This document shows positions 1 to 8,658 of a stretch of 64,000 bases of DNA, one piece after another (position 1 is the first letter of the stretch; each line of letters opens with the position of its first letter). The stretch comes from Clostridia bacterium (GTDB lineage Bacteria; Bacillota; Clostridia; Oscillospirales; CAG-272), in contig JAFVTH010000007.1 in NCBI GenBank assembly GCA_017503285.1, positions 71,088 through 135,087 on the forward strand. Direction: 5' to 3'. A program made the translations under genes and the position numbers. Below the pieces are notes generated by a model. It had not been told where the DNA came from. It ran no database searches and worked only from the letters and a program-made list of their open reading frames with translations.

Positions 1-1
1 A

Positions 2-1828
2 AACGCGATTAAGGCGCTTATAAGCCTTAAGCCACAAACGGCAACCGTGCTTGTTGACGGCACGGAAAAGGAGGTTCTTGCCTCAAGCCTAAGCCTTGGG
101 GACATATTTATTGTCAGAGCCGGGCAAACCGTGCCAACCGATGGAGAAATTATAGAGGGGGACGGCGCGTTTGATGAGTCCATTTTAACAGGCGAGAGCA
201 TACCGCAGGACAAATCAAGTGGGCAGGAGATATACCAATCCACCATTAGTAAAAGCGGATATGTGCTTGCAAAAGCAACAAGGGTTGGGGAGGACACTAG
301 CCTTTCCAAAATTATAAAAACCGTTGAAAACGCATCAAGCAGTAAAGCACCGATTGCCAAAATTGCCGACCGTGTTTCCGGCATTTTTGTTCCGGCTGTG
401 CTTCTTTGCGCAATTATAACTACAATAGTATGGTTAATTGTAAACGGTAATGTTGAAAATGCACTTGTCCATGGCATATCTGTTTTGGTCGTTAGCTGTC
501 CATGCTCCTTAGGACTTGCCACACCTGTTGCTATAATGGTTGGTAATGGTGTCGGGGCAAGGAGTGGCATCCTTTTCAAAAGTGCGGAAACCCTTGAACA
601 GACAGGCAAAGCCGAAATTGTTATTCTTGATAAAACAGGTACAATTACCAAGGGCAAGCCTGAGGTAACTGATGTTATTTCACTTGGCGAAATAAATAAT
701 GATGAGCTTATAAAATATGCTTACTCCATCGAAAAATTAAGTGAGCATCCTCTTGCAAAAGCAATTTGCACCCATCTGGAGGGCAAAATCTCCCAGCCAT
801 ATGAGGTTAAGGATTTTGTGACCCATGCAGGAAGTGGAGTAAGCGCAACAATTAACAACCAAAAAATCCTTTGTGGTAGCTATAAATTTATAGGCTCTCC
901 AAGGGAGCAGAGGGACGTTTTTGAAAGCCTTGCAAGCCAAGGCAAAACCCCGATATTTATTAAAATAAACGACACGTGTCAGGGCGTTTTTGCTCTGCAA
1001 GACACCGTAAAGGACGACAGCGCAAAGGCAATAGAGGAACTAAAGCAAATGGGCATATATACCGTTATGCTAACAGGAGATAACGAGCTTAGTGCTAAGG
1101 CGATAGCTGAAAGCGTAAAGGTTGATAAGGTTATTGCAGGCGTTTTGCCGGAGGGAAAAAAGGAAGCCATTGAAAATCTTATGGCTTACGGAAGCTGCGC
1201 AATGATAGGCGACGGTATAAACGACGCACCTGCCCTTGCAACAGCCAACATAGGCATAGCAATCGGCGCAGGGGCTGACGTGGCAATTGATGCTGCCTCG
1301 GTGGTGCTAACTAAAAGTAGCCTGTCGGATGCCGTGAGAGCAATTAAGCTTAGCCGTGCCACCTATAACAATATTTGTCAAAACCTATTTTGGGCATTTA
1401 TTTATAACTGTATTGCAATTGCCGTTGCAATCGGAGTGTTTACACCCTTAGGCTTTACCTTAAGCCCTATGATAGGCGCACTTGCAATGAGCCTGTCCAG
1501 CGTTAGCGTTGTGCTTAATGCCCTTAGGCTGAATTTGTTTAACGACAAATATAAATATAAGAGAAAAGTAAGAATAAATTTTGACAAATTATCGACACAG
1601 GTCGAGAAAAAAGAGGAAAAAGAAGTGGAATTTATGTTAAATGTAGAGGGCATGCAATGCTCTCATTGTGAAGCAAGCGTTGAAAGAGCAGTAGGCGCGA
1701 TGGCAGGGGTTAAGGCAGTAAAGGCAGACCGCACACAAAATCAAGTTTGGGTGCAGGCAAGCCTTGAGGCAGATGTTAACGATATTATTGCAGTAATCGA
1801 GGACCTTGGCTTTTCTGCTTCTGTTTGA
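2..1828 (+). CDS. copA: Cu(I)-type P1B heavy-metal-translocating P-type ATPase, 5' end outside the window, with a C-terminal HMA domain
   Basis: The frame is open from the window edge (nt 2: NAIKALISLKPQTATVLVDG). Motifs read in the translation: TGES, SCPCSLGLATP (CPC), DKTGT, GDGINDAPAL, a TM7 YN and a TM8 MSLSS (Cu+ class). A Lys-rich linker follows, then GMQCSHCEASVERAV (HMA CxxC). Confidence 0.9.
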   Translation, partial: NAIKALISLKPQTATVLVDGTEKEVLASSLSLGDIFIVRAGQTVPTDGEIIEGDGAFDESILTGESIPQDKSSGQEIYQSTISKSGYVLAKATRVGEDTSLSKIIKTVENASSSKAPIAKIADRVSGIFVPAVLLCAIITTIVWLIVNGNVENALVHGISVLVVSCPCSLGLATPVAIMVGNGVGARSGILFKSAETLEQTGKAEIVILDKTGTITKGKPEVTDVISLGEINNDELIKYAYSIEKLSEHPLAKAICTHLEGKISQPYEVKDFVTHAGSGVSATINNQKILCGSYKFIGSPREQRDVFESLASQGKTPIFIKINDTCQGVFALQDTVKDDSAKAIEELKQMGIYTVMLTGDNELSAKAIAESVKVDKVIAGVLPEGKKEAIENLMAYGSCAMIGDGINDAPALATANIGIAIGAGADVAIDAASVVLTKSSLSDAVRAIKLSRATYNNICQNLFWAFIYNCIAIAVAIGVFTPLGFTLSPMIGALAMSLSSVSVVLNALRLNLFNDKYKYKRKVRINFDKLSTQVEKKEEKEVEFMLNVEGMQCSHCEASVERAVGAMAGVKAVKADRTQNQVWVQASLEADVNDIIAVIEDLGFSASV

Positions 1829-1884
1829 CTTTTAGTCAAAAATGTGATATACTGACAAAAAGGAACGGAAGGGGGGCTTTGTGC

Positions 1885-2253
1885 TTGGTTATTAAGGAAT
1901 CCGCAGAGGACTATTTGGAGTCCATATATGTGTTAAAAATGCAAAAGGGAAATGTGCGTAGCATAGATGTTGTTAACTATCACGGTGTTTCAAAGCCAAG
2001 CGTTTCTGTGGCTATGAAAAAGCTCCGTGAGGATGGCTATGTTACCGTTGACGAGGCGGGCTTTTTGTCTCTTACCGAAAAGGGTCACGCCGTTGCCAGC
2101 CGTGTTTACGAAAGGCATCAGGTTATTTCCGAGGCGCTTATGGCGCTGGGTGTTGACCGTGAAACCGCCCTTGTTGATAGCTGTAAAATAGAGCACGTTA
2201 TTAGTAAGGAAAGCTTTGAAAGGCTAAAAGCATTTTTGGAAAGCAGAAAATAA
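1885..2253 (+). CDS. DtxR/MntR-family metal-dependent transcriptional repressor
   Basis: SAEDYLESIYVLKMQKGNVRSIDVVNYHGVSKPSVSVAMKKLREDGYV is a winged-HTH, followed by a dimerisation/metal-site region. The ORF-track start (TTG 1825) overlaps the copA stop. TTG 1885 lies 8 nt after a GGGGGG run and gives about 123 aa; the start is uncertain. Confidence 0.8.
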   Translation: MVIKESAEDYLESIYVLKMQKGNVRSIDVVNYHGVSKPSVSVAMKKLREDGYVTVDEAGFLSLTEKGHAVASRVYERHQVISEALMALGVDRETALVDSCKIEHVISKESFERLKAFLESRK

Positions 2254-2254
2254 A

Positions 2255-2285
2255 CAAAAAAGGAGCAATATTGCTCCTTTTTTAT
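2255..2285. terminator. Bidirectional intrinsic terminator between the regulator and the convergent NUDIX gene
   Basis: AAAAAAGGAGCA-ATAT-TGCTCCTTTTTT: a 7-bp GC-containing stem flanked by an A-run and a T-run. Confidence 0.8.
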
Positions 2286-2755
2286 TTTGTAATAATGTGC
2301 TGTACCCCTTGCATATCTCCTTGCAAATAGTCCTGCAAAAACGAGGGAAACGCCTTGTGCTTGTGCAAATCCTTTATGGGGACCCAATGCATGATTTCCT
2401 TTGCTCCGTGGGTGTAGCTGTTGCTGCAAAGCTCCTTAGTGCCTCTTGGCTTCATAAGAAAGTAAAATGCAATCTCGTGGCAATCAAGCCCGTCAAGTGT
2501 GCCACCCGACTGGCTAAAAAAGTTTTCGTGTATAACGGCAAGACGGTCAATTTCATACCTAACACCGGTTTCCTCAAAAACCTCTCGCAAAACTGCATCC
2601 TCGGCACACTCTCCGTGGTGTACCCCACCACCTACCGAGTAAAAATAGTCCTCGTTTGCATTTCCCACCAGCAAAACGCATCCGTCCTCAATAATAATAG
2701 CACCGGCACGATACCTAAACCATTTGTTTTCATAGGTAAATCCGCAATCCATCAT
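2282..2755 (-). CDS. NUDIX hydrolase
   Basis: Nudix box GGGVHHGECAEDAVLREVFEETGV (GX5EX7REUXEEXGU). AAGGAGAG lies upstream of the ATG. Confidence 0.85.
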   Translation of the reverse strand: MMDCGFTYENKWFRYRAGAIIIEDGCVLLVGNANEDYFYSVGGGVHHGECAEDAVLREVFEETGVRYEIDRLAVIHENFFSQSGGTLDGLDCHEIAFYFLMKPRGTKELCSNSYTHGAKEIMHWVPIKDLHKHKAFPSFLQDYLQGDMQGVQHIITK

Positions 2756-2911
2756 ATTCTCTCCTTATATAAATATAGTAAAATAGTTAGAATTAAAAAA
2801 CAACGACTTATGGGTAAAAGAGCGAACCACGCTTGTGTTGTAGGGGATGGCGTCCTCGACATCCCGAAAAAAGAGAAGTAAGATTTGCACAAAAATAGCA
2901 AATAAAGTGGG

Positions 2912-3047
2912 GGGATGGGTGGATGCGTTCCCCAAGGGAACGAGCTGCACCGAGGCGCTTGTGAGCAAGCTCCCAGACGCCTTTCGTTGCATCTTGCGAA
3001 CCACATTTTTGTCCCTTGGACAAAAATGGTGTCCGAAGACCCATCCC
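2912..3047 (-). ncRNA. Candidate structured RNA element (unclassified), copy 1, trailing the tRNA-Thr/Tyr unit
   Basis: A 9-bp closing stem GGGATGGGT/ACCCATCCC encloses a GTC-TTCG-GAC hairpin, a hairpin of about 12 bp and an 82-nt core (2921..3002). The core is homologous to 56417..56495, with compensatory stem changes. No conserved ORF. Confidence 0.4.
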
Positions 3048-3052
3048 TAAGC

Positions 3053-3090
3053 AACAGAAAAAGGACACCGATTGGTGTCCTTTTTCTGTT
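3053..3090 (-). terminator. Intrinsic terminator after tRNA-Tyr
   Basis: Minus strand: AACAGAAAAAGGACACC-AAT-CGGTGTCCTTTTTCTGTT, a long perfect stem with a T-run. Confidence 0.8.
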
Positions 3091-3174
3091 GGTGGGGGAT
3101 GGTGGATTCGGACCACCGAAGTCGATGACAACAGATTTACAGTCTGCCCCCTTTGGCCACTCGGGAAATCCCCC
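3090..3174 (-). tRNA. tRNA-Tyr (anticodon GUA), class II with a 13-nt variable arm
   Basis: Folded by hand: acceptor GGGGGAT/ATCCCCC, anticodon loop CTGTAAA, variable arm GTC-ATC-GAC, T arm GGTGG-TCCGAAT-CCACC, encoded CCA. Confidence 0.9.
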
Positions 3175-3188
3175 AAATGTTGCGAGAT

Positions 3189-3263
3189 TGGAGCTGGTGA
3201 ACGGAGTCGAACCATCAACCTGCTGATTACAAATCAGCTGCTCTGCCATTGAGCCACACCAGC
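3189..3263 (-). tRNA. tRNA-Thr (anticodon UGU)
   Basis: Acceptor GCTGGTG/CACCAGC, D arm GCTC/GAGC, anticodon arm GCTGA-TTTGTAA-TCAGC, T loop TTCGACT, encoded CCA. The T stem has two G-U pairs. Confidence 0.85.
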
Positions 3264-3285
3264 ATAGCTGTCTCGCAACGGCAAT

Positions 3286-3314
3286 ATTCTAACACATAAA
3301 ATATAGTTTGTCAA
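3286..3314 (-). promoter_or_regulatory. Sigma-A-type promoter for the tRNA-Thr/tRNA-Tyr unit
   Basis: Minus strand: TTGACA, 17 nt, TAGAAT, ending about 22 nt upstream of the tRNA-Thr 5' end. Confidence 0.65.
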
Positions 3315-3362
3315 TAGTAAATTTAAAATTTTTTATTTTTTTAAAATAGAGAAGAAATAACA

Positions 3363-3391
3363 AAAAAGGAACAGCGTGGCTGTTCCTTTTT
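3363..3391 (-). terminator. Intrinsic terminator after rny
   Basis: AAAAAGGAACAGC-GTG-GCTGTTCCTTTTT, symmetric A and T runs, 13 nt past the rny stop. Confidence 0.8.
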
Positions 3392-3403
3392 ATGTTGTGT
3401 AAA

Positions 3404-4957
3404 TTATTTTGCGTAGTCAACTACACGGCTTTCTCTGATGAGGTTAACCTTGATTTGACCGGGGTACTCAAGCTCGCTTTCGATTTTCTTAACGATATCG
3501 CGGGCAACGAGAGCCATTCTGTCGTCGTTAATTTGCTCCGGCTTAACCATAATACGGATTTCACGACCGGCCTGAATAGCAAAGGTCTTTTCAACACCCT
3601 CAAAGCTCTTGGCAATTTCCTCAAGCTTTTCAAGCCTCTTTATGTAGTTTTCAAGATTTTCGCGTCTTGCACCAGGGCGGGCAGCAGAAATTGCGTCAGC
3701 AGCCTGTACAATAACAGCGATAAGTGACTGTGGCTCAACATCATTGTGGTGAGCTTCAATTGCGTGTAGAATTTCCTTGGACTCCTTGTACTTCTTGGCA
3801 ACATCAACACCAATCTGTACGTGTGAGCCTTCAATTTCAGCAGTAAGCGCCTTACCGATATCGTGTAGAAGACCTGCACGCTTAGCAAGTGTAACGTCTG
3901 CACCAAGCTCAGCAGCCATAACGCCTGCAAGAGCAGAAACCTCAATGGAGTGGGTTAGAACGTTCTGACCATAGCTTGTTCTGTACTTAAGTCTGCCAAG
4001 GAGCTTAACAAGCTCAATGTTAATACCGTGAACGCCGGTTTCAAAGGTTGCCTTTTCACCAGCCTGCTTAATTGTCTGCTCAACCTCCTTGCGTGCCTTT
4101 TCAACGCAATCCTCAATCCTTGTCGGATGGATACGGCCGTCAGCAATAAGCTTTTCAATAGCAATTCTTGCAATCTCACGTCTAACCGGGTCAAAGCCGG
4201 AAATTGTGATAACCTCCGGTGTGTCATCAATAATAAGCTCAACACCTGTAAGGTTCTCAATAGCCCTAACGTTACGACCCTCACGACCGATAATTCTACC
4301 CTTCATATCGTCGTTTGGAATAGAAACAACGGAAATGGTAGCCTCGGAAACGTGGTCAGCGGCGCATCTTGCAATAGCAAGAGAAATAATGTTCTTTGCC
4401 TTCTTGTCAGCCTCTTCCTTAAACTCAGCCTCAAGCTCAATGAGCTTTTGTGCCTGCTCGTGCTTAACATCGTCCTCAAGGTTCTTGATAAGAAGGGCTC
4501 TTGCCTCCTCAGCACTGTAACCTGAGATCTTTTCAAGCAGCTTAAGCTGTGTTTCGTGTGCTTGTGTTAATTTTTCTTTGATTTCTTCGTTTTCTTTTAC
4601 CTTTTTTTGTAGCGCCTCTTCCTTCTTTTCAAGGGCATCGACCTTCTTGTCAAGATGGTCCTCCTTGCTCATAAGGCGTTGCTCCTGTCTTGTCAGCTCG
4701 GAGCGTCTTTCCTTAACCTCGGCATCAAATTCCTTTCTCAAGGCGAGAATTTCATCCTTTGCAGCAATAGTTGATTCCTTACGTTTGGTTTCGGCGGCTT
4801 TAATAGCGTCTTCAAGTAGCTTCTTTGCTTGCTGCTCGGCAGAACCAAGCTGCTTTTCGGCGGCTGCTTTTCTAATAAGAATGCCAACAACAATGCCGAC
4901 AACAATGCCAACAGCAGTACCAGCTACAATGAGAATAATATCTAATGGACTTCCCAT
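3404..4957 (-). CDS. rny: Ribonuclease Y
   Basis: N-terminal TM helix ([22 protein letters not shown]), Lys/Glu coiled coil, KH domain ([26 protein letters not shown]) and HD domain (HSIEV...LLHDIGK). ATG 4957 follows AAAAGGAGG. The 33-codon extension in the ORF track has no RBS. Confidence 0.95.
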   Translation of the reverse strand: MGSPLDIILIVAGTAVGIVVGIVVGILIRKAAAEKQLGSAEQQAKKLLEDAIKAAETKRKESTIAAKDEILALRKEFDAEVKERRSELTRQEQRLMSKEDHLDKKVDALEKKEEALQKKVKENEEIKEKLTQAHETQLKLLEKISGYSAEEARALLIKNLEDDVKHEQAQKLIELEAEFKEEADKKAKNIISLAIARCAADHVSEATISVVSIPNDDMKGRIIGREGRNVRAIENLTGVELIIDDTPEVITISGFDPVRREIARIAIEKLIADGRIHPTRIEDCVEKARKEVEQTIKQAGEKATFETGVHGINIELVKLLGRLKYRTSYGQNVLTHSIEVSALAGVMAAELGADVTLAKRAGLLHDIGKALTAEIEGSHVQIGVDVAKKYKESKEILHAIEAHHNDVEPQSLIAVIVQAADAISAARPGARRENLENYIKRLEKLEEIAKSFEGVEKTFAIQAGREIRIMVKPEQINDDRMALVARDIVKKIESELEYPGQIKVNLIRESRVVDYAK

Positions 4958-5190
4958 AACACTATACCTCCTTTTAATGTTTTTGTGTGGGTGCCCTACG
5001 GGAAAACATCCGCAGGTGCGATAAAGGTATGTAAAGAGCAGAGGTGAGCTACACAAATCTCACATGCCAAAATTCTACATACTATAATTTTATAATATAA
5101 ATTCAATAAAGTCAAGCAAAAATTTAAAGATATTTAATATTTAGGCAAAAAATATTCATAAAATAGGGTAAGGCAAAATGTGGTTGATTA

Positions 5191-5219
5191 TTGAAATTTA
5201 CCGTAAGTTGCTGTATAAT
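5191..5219 (+). promoter_or_regulatory. Sigma-A-type promoter upstream of the flavin reductase gene
   Basis: TTGAAA, 17 nt, TATAAT, 18 nt before the ATG at 5237. Confidence 0.55.
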
Positions 5220-5236
5220 AAAAAAGAGGTGATTAT

Positions 5237-5704
5237 ATGGTACCTGAAAATTTTAACGAAATGATAGGCAAGGGCGCACTGCTTTGCGCCACAGACAGGG
5301 ATGGAAGACACAATCCCATGACCGTTTCCTGGGGTGCAAGAGGTGTTTTGTGGGGCAAGGATATCTGCTTCGTTTTTGTAAGACACTCCCGCTATACCTA
5401 TGAGCTTTCCGAAAACGGAAGCATAATGACCCTTAGCTTTTTCGGAGACGAAAGAAAAAGCACGTTAAGCCTCTGCGGCACAAAAACAGGCAGGGACGTG
5501 GATAAATTTAAGGCTTGCGACCTGAAATTTGATATAGTTGAGGGCGGCGTTGTTTTTAAGGATGCCACAAAAACTCTTATACTGAAAAAGCTATACAGCG
5601 ATGATATTAAAAAAGAATGCTTTAATGACACAGAGCCGCTTAAGTGGTACAAGGACGGAGATTTTCACAAGGTGTACGCCTGTGAGGTTATAAAGGAAAT
5701 TTAA
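5237..5704 (+). CDS. Flavin reductase-like domain protein
   Basis: NPMTVSWGARGVLWGKDICFVFVRHSRYTYELS...GTKTGRDVDKF resembles the Flavin_Reduct/COG1853 pattern. AAGAGGTG RBS. Confidence 0.65.
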   Translation: MVPENFNEMIGKGALLCATDRDGRHNPMTVSWGARGVLWGKDICFVFVRHSRYTYELSENGSIMTLSFFGDERKSTLSLCGTKTGRDVDKFKACDLKFDIVEGGVVFKDATKTLILKKLYSDDIKKECFNDTEPLKWYKDGDFHKVYACEVIKEI

Positions 5705-5714
5705 GGAGAAGAAA

Positions 5715-7907
5715 ATGAAGGACTGCGTTTGGATAACCGAAAAGAATAAGCCCTGCTCACAAAACCAGCTTTACTATTTCAAAAAGGAATTTACACTAAA
5801 AAGTGTAAAGAAAGCAAGGCTTGATATTTCTGCACAAGCAAGATATAAGCTTTTCATAAATGGCGAATTTGTTGCCTGTGGCCCATGTAAGGGTACAAGA
5901 GAGAAAACATATTTTGATACCATTGACGTAACAAGCTACCTAAAGAAGGGAACAAATGAGCTTTTTGTTGAGGTTTTACAGCTTGTAGCAACTGACGTTG
6001 AGGGCAAAATGTCCCCAATTGAGGGCGTTATCAGAACCGACTCCCTAATGCTCGCCTGCGAGCTTGCTTGCGGAGATACAATTATAAGAACAGACGAAAG
6101 CTGGCTCTGCGCAAAATGCGAGGGCGTTACCGAGCTTAGCGCAAGGAGCTGCTATTCAGCTACCACAAGGCAGCATGTTGTGGCATCAAAGCAAAAGAAT
6201 TTAAGGTATGAAAACGCAGTAGTGCTTTGCGGCGTTTCCGACGGCTCTGCCGACCACTATTGGTGGGGTGGCACAAACAGGGCGTTCCTCTTTGAAAGAC
6301 CGATCCCAATGCTTTCCTTTAAGGATAAGCTTGATATTGTTTCCTTTGACGGAGAGTACTTCGAGGCAAAATACCTAACCTTTGGCTTTCCTCGCTTCAA
6401 GGTAAGCGGAAAGGGTAAGATAGACCTTGTATATTTTGAGTGCTTTGACTCCGACAAGGGAAAGACAAACAGCAAAAGAACAGACCGTTCCCTTGGCATT
6501 TGCCGTGAAATGATTGACACAATTGAGGTAGATGGCGAGTTCACCTTTGAGCCGTTTTGGTTCAGATGCTTCCGCTTTATAAAGGTGGAAAAAACGGGGG
6601 ACGTGTCGATAAAGCTAGATAAATTCTTAGAGGTTAACTACCCAATGGACGTGCGTCAGGACTATGATTTTGGCAGAAGCGACGACAACGGGCTTTGGGA
6701 TATCAGCGTGCGTACTCTTCAGCGCTGTATGCACGAAACCTATGAGGATTGCCCGTTCTATGAGCAGCTGCAATATGCAATGGACACCTCTACACAAATG
6801 GTGTTTAACTATCAGCTGACAGACGATGACCGTCTTGCAAGAAAGGCAATGGACGACTTTGCTGCTGACCAGCACGCAGACGGACTTATGCCGTCAAGAA
6901 CTCCGTCAGTTGGAGAGCAGCATATACCAACCTTCCAGCTTTACTTTATCTTTATGGTTTATGCCCACTATATTCGCTTTGGCGACCTTTCTCTCGTAAG
7001 AAAGCACCTAAGAGCTATGGACGGCGTTATTGAGTGGTTTAGAAACCATATTGATGAAAATGGCCTTGTCGGACAAAGCAAATATTGGAACTTTGTTGAC
7101 TGGGCAAAGCCCTGGGGCTACGTTGAGGGTAAGAACGACGGTGGCGTGCCTGTAAATGTAGGCGAGGGCGTTATCGGCATTTATAACCCAATGATGGCGT
7201 ACTTCCTTATTTGCGCAGCAAAGCTTAACGAGCTTTGTGGCAGAAGGGACACCGCCAAGGAGTATTTAAGGGTTGCAAACGAAATTAAGAAAAATACAAA
7301 AAAGTATTTCTGGGACAAGAAAAAAGGCTTGTTTGCTGATAACGTAGAGCATACAAGATTTTCTCAGCATATGCAAACATGGTGCGTGCTTAGTGGCGTT
7401 GTAAAGGGCGAGGCTGCGAAAAATATTATGCTAAACTCCCTTGACCTTGAGGCAAAGAGTACATACGCATTTGCGTATTTCTACTTCAGAGCCCTTGAGT
7501 CCGTTGGACTTTACGAAAAAACCGAGGAAATGATGAATTCCTATCGTAATCTCTTAAAGCTTGATTGCACAACCGTGCCGGAAACTCCCGAGTATTCAAG
7601 GAGTGATTGCCACGCATGGGGCGCACTTGCAATTTATGAATTTAGCGCAACAATTTTAGGCGTTAGAACCTACGATACAGGTAAAAAATCCGTATCTGTA
7701 AAGCCATATATTGTAGGTAGAGATTATGCCAAGGGAACAGTGTCCACCATCGGCGGAAATGTAAGCGTTTCTTGGAAAAAAGACGGGGACGTGTTTGTTT
7801 TAACCGTCGAAAGCGAGAAAAAAGACCTTGAAAAGCATATCTATATGCCAAATGGCGACACCTATACAACAACAGAAAAAGCAGTTACATATAAATGTAA
7901 GATATAA
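5715..7907 (+). CDS. Six-hairpin glycoside hydrolase, alpha-L-rhamnosidase (GH78)-like
   Basis: 730 aa, no signal peptide. YEDCPFYEQLQYAMDT and DCHAWGA motifs in an (alpha/alpha)6-type C-terminal half, recalled from rhamnosidase-related families. Specificity is not inferable. Confidence 0.55.
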   Translation: MKDCVWITEKNKPCSQNQLYYFKKEFTLKSVKKARLDISAQARYKLFINGEFVACGPCKGTREKTYFDTIDVTSYLKKGTNELFVEVLQLVATDVEGKMSPIEGVIRTDSLMLACELACGDTIIRTDESWLCAKCEGVTELSARSCYSATTRQHVVASKQKNLRYENAVVLCGVSDGSADHYWWGGTNRAFLFERPIPMLSFKDKLDIVSFDGEYFEAKYLTFGFPRFKVSGKGKIDLVYFECFDSDKGKTNSKRTDRSLGICREMIDTIEVDGEFTFEPFWFRCFRFIKVEKTGDVSIKLDKFLEVNYPMDVRQDYDFGRSDDNGLWDISVRTLQRCMHETYEDCPFYEQLQYAMDTSTQMVFNYQLTDDDRLARKAMDDFAADQHADGLMPSRTPSVGEQHIPTFQLYFIFMVYAHYIRFGDLSLVRKHLRAMDGVIEWFRNHIDENGLVGQSKYWNFVDWAKPWGYVEGKNDGGVPVNVGEGVIGIYNPMMAYFLICAAKLNELCGRRDTAKEYLRVANEIKKNTKKYFWDKKKGLFADNVEHTRFSQHMQTWCVLSGVVKGEAAKNIMLNSLDLEAKSTYAFAYFYFRALESVGLYEKTEEMMNSYRNLLKLDCTTVPETPEYSRSDCHAWGALAIYEFSATILGVRTYDTGKKSVSVKPYIVGRDYAKGTVSTIGGNVSVSWKKDGDVFVLTVESEKKDLEKHIYMPNGDTYTTTEKAVTYKCKI

Positions 7908-7931
7908 GCAAGTAAATAAGATATAAGTAAG

Positions 7932-8007
7932 AAAAAAAGAAAGGATAAGGCGGAAACGATAGCAAAAGGAAATATAATGCCTTTTGTTCTATGACTCCTA
8001 TACCGCC
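7932..8007 (+). repeat. 76-bp direct repeat, copy 1 (72/76 identical to 8159..8234)
   Basis: Aligned by eye at a fixed 227-bp offset. Contains hairpin ATAG-CAAAAGG/CCTTTTG-CTAT and the mini-ORF ATGCCTTTTGTTCTATGA (7977..7994). Confidence 0.85.
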
Positions 8008-8158
8008 AAGCCAACCTAACCCTTCAGGGAGTAGAGGGGTTAGAGAAGGTGTGGATGCGTTACACGTCGCTGTACTGTGTACTGCAGAGTAGCAGCCGCA
8101 CCTAAAAAGGCATATAAAAAGAGGGGTTTTCGTTTAAGAAAAGCCGACCCTAAGAAAT

Positions 8159-8234
8159 AAAAAAAGAAAGGATAAGGCGGAAACGAGGGCAAAGGGAAAA
8201 ATAATGCCTTTTGTTCTATGACTCCTATACCGCC
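8159..8234 (+). repeat. 76-bp direct repeat, copy 2, ending 10 nt before the mgsA start
   Basis: Same sequence as copy 1 with 4 substitutions. Mini-ORF at 8204..8221. Confidence 0.85.
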
Positions 8235-8244
8235 CTGAACTATT

Positions 8245-8622
8245 ATGAAGATAGCACTCATAGCCCACGATAAGAAAAAGGACAACATGATTGAACTTGC
8301 AATTAAATACAAGGACACCTTGGCACATCACGAGCTTTACGCAACAGGAACAACCGGCACTCTTGTTATGGGAGAAACCGGACTTGCAATAAAGAGAATG
8401 AAAAGCGGACCACTTGGTGGCGACCAACAGATTGGCTCTATGGTTGCAGAGGGAAAGCTTGACCTTATTATATTCCTGCGTGACCCACTAACCTCACAGC
8501 CACACGAGCCTGACGTAAGCGCGCTCTTGCGCCTTTGCGACGTGCAGTCAATTCCTCTTGCTACAAATGTTAAAAGCGCAGAGATTATGCTTGAGGCAGT
8601 AAAGGTAGGATTAATAAAGTAA
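8245..8622 (+). CDS. mgsA: Methylglyoxal synthase
   Basis: All hallmark motifs are present: [49 protein letters not shown]. No Shine-Dalgarno sequence is visible in the 20 nt upstream. Confidence 0.93.
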   Translation: MKIALIAHDKKKDNMIELAIKYKDTLAHHELYATGTTGTLVMGETGLAIKRMKSGPLGGDQQIGSMVAEGKLDLIIFLRDPLTSQPHEPDVSALLRLCDVQSIPLATNVKSAEIMLEAVKVGLIK

Positions 8623-8658
8623 AAGGGTGCATTGTCTTGACCCTTTATGAGGTTATAA

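Noticed and set aside
2752-3252. ORFs from the track overlapping the tRNA-Tyr/tRNA-Thr region and the RNA-like element (2752..3249, 2808..3218, 2915..3226, 3016..3252).
   Set aside because: They run straight through two well-folding tRNA genes and a terminator, have no RBS, and have proline/glycine-rich nonsense translations.
4958-5056. N-terminal extensions given by the ORF track for rny, and likewise for alaS (16783), pncB (26318), rsmG (30635), citrate synthase (32794), the SGNH hydrolase (36011), pyrC (46203), DUF4886 (49733), ddl (57414) and the third M42 gene (61917).
   Set aside because: In each case an internal start codon has a proper Shine-Dalgarno sequence and matches the canonical family N-terminus. 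The extensions lack an RBS and have non-homologous sequence.
8051-8061. An 11-mer GTGGATGCGTT shared between the mgsA-upstream spacer and the RNA-like element (2919..2929), hinting that the repeat families are related.
   Set aside because: It is a single short match with no flanking similarity. My rough estimate of the chance expectation for regions of this size is a few percent, which is too weak to link the loci.
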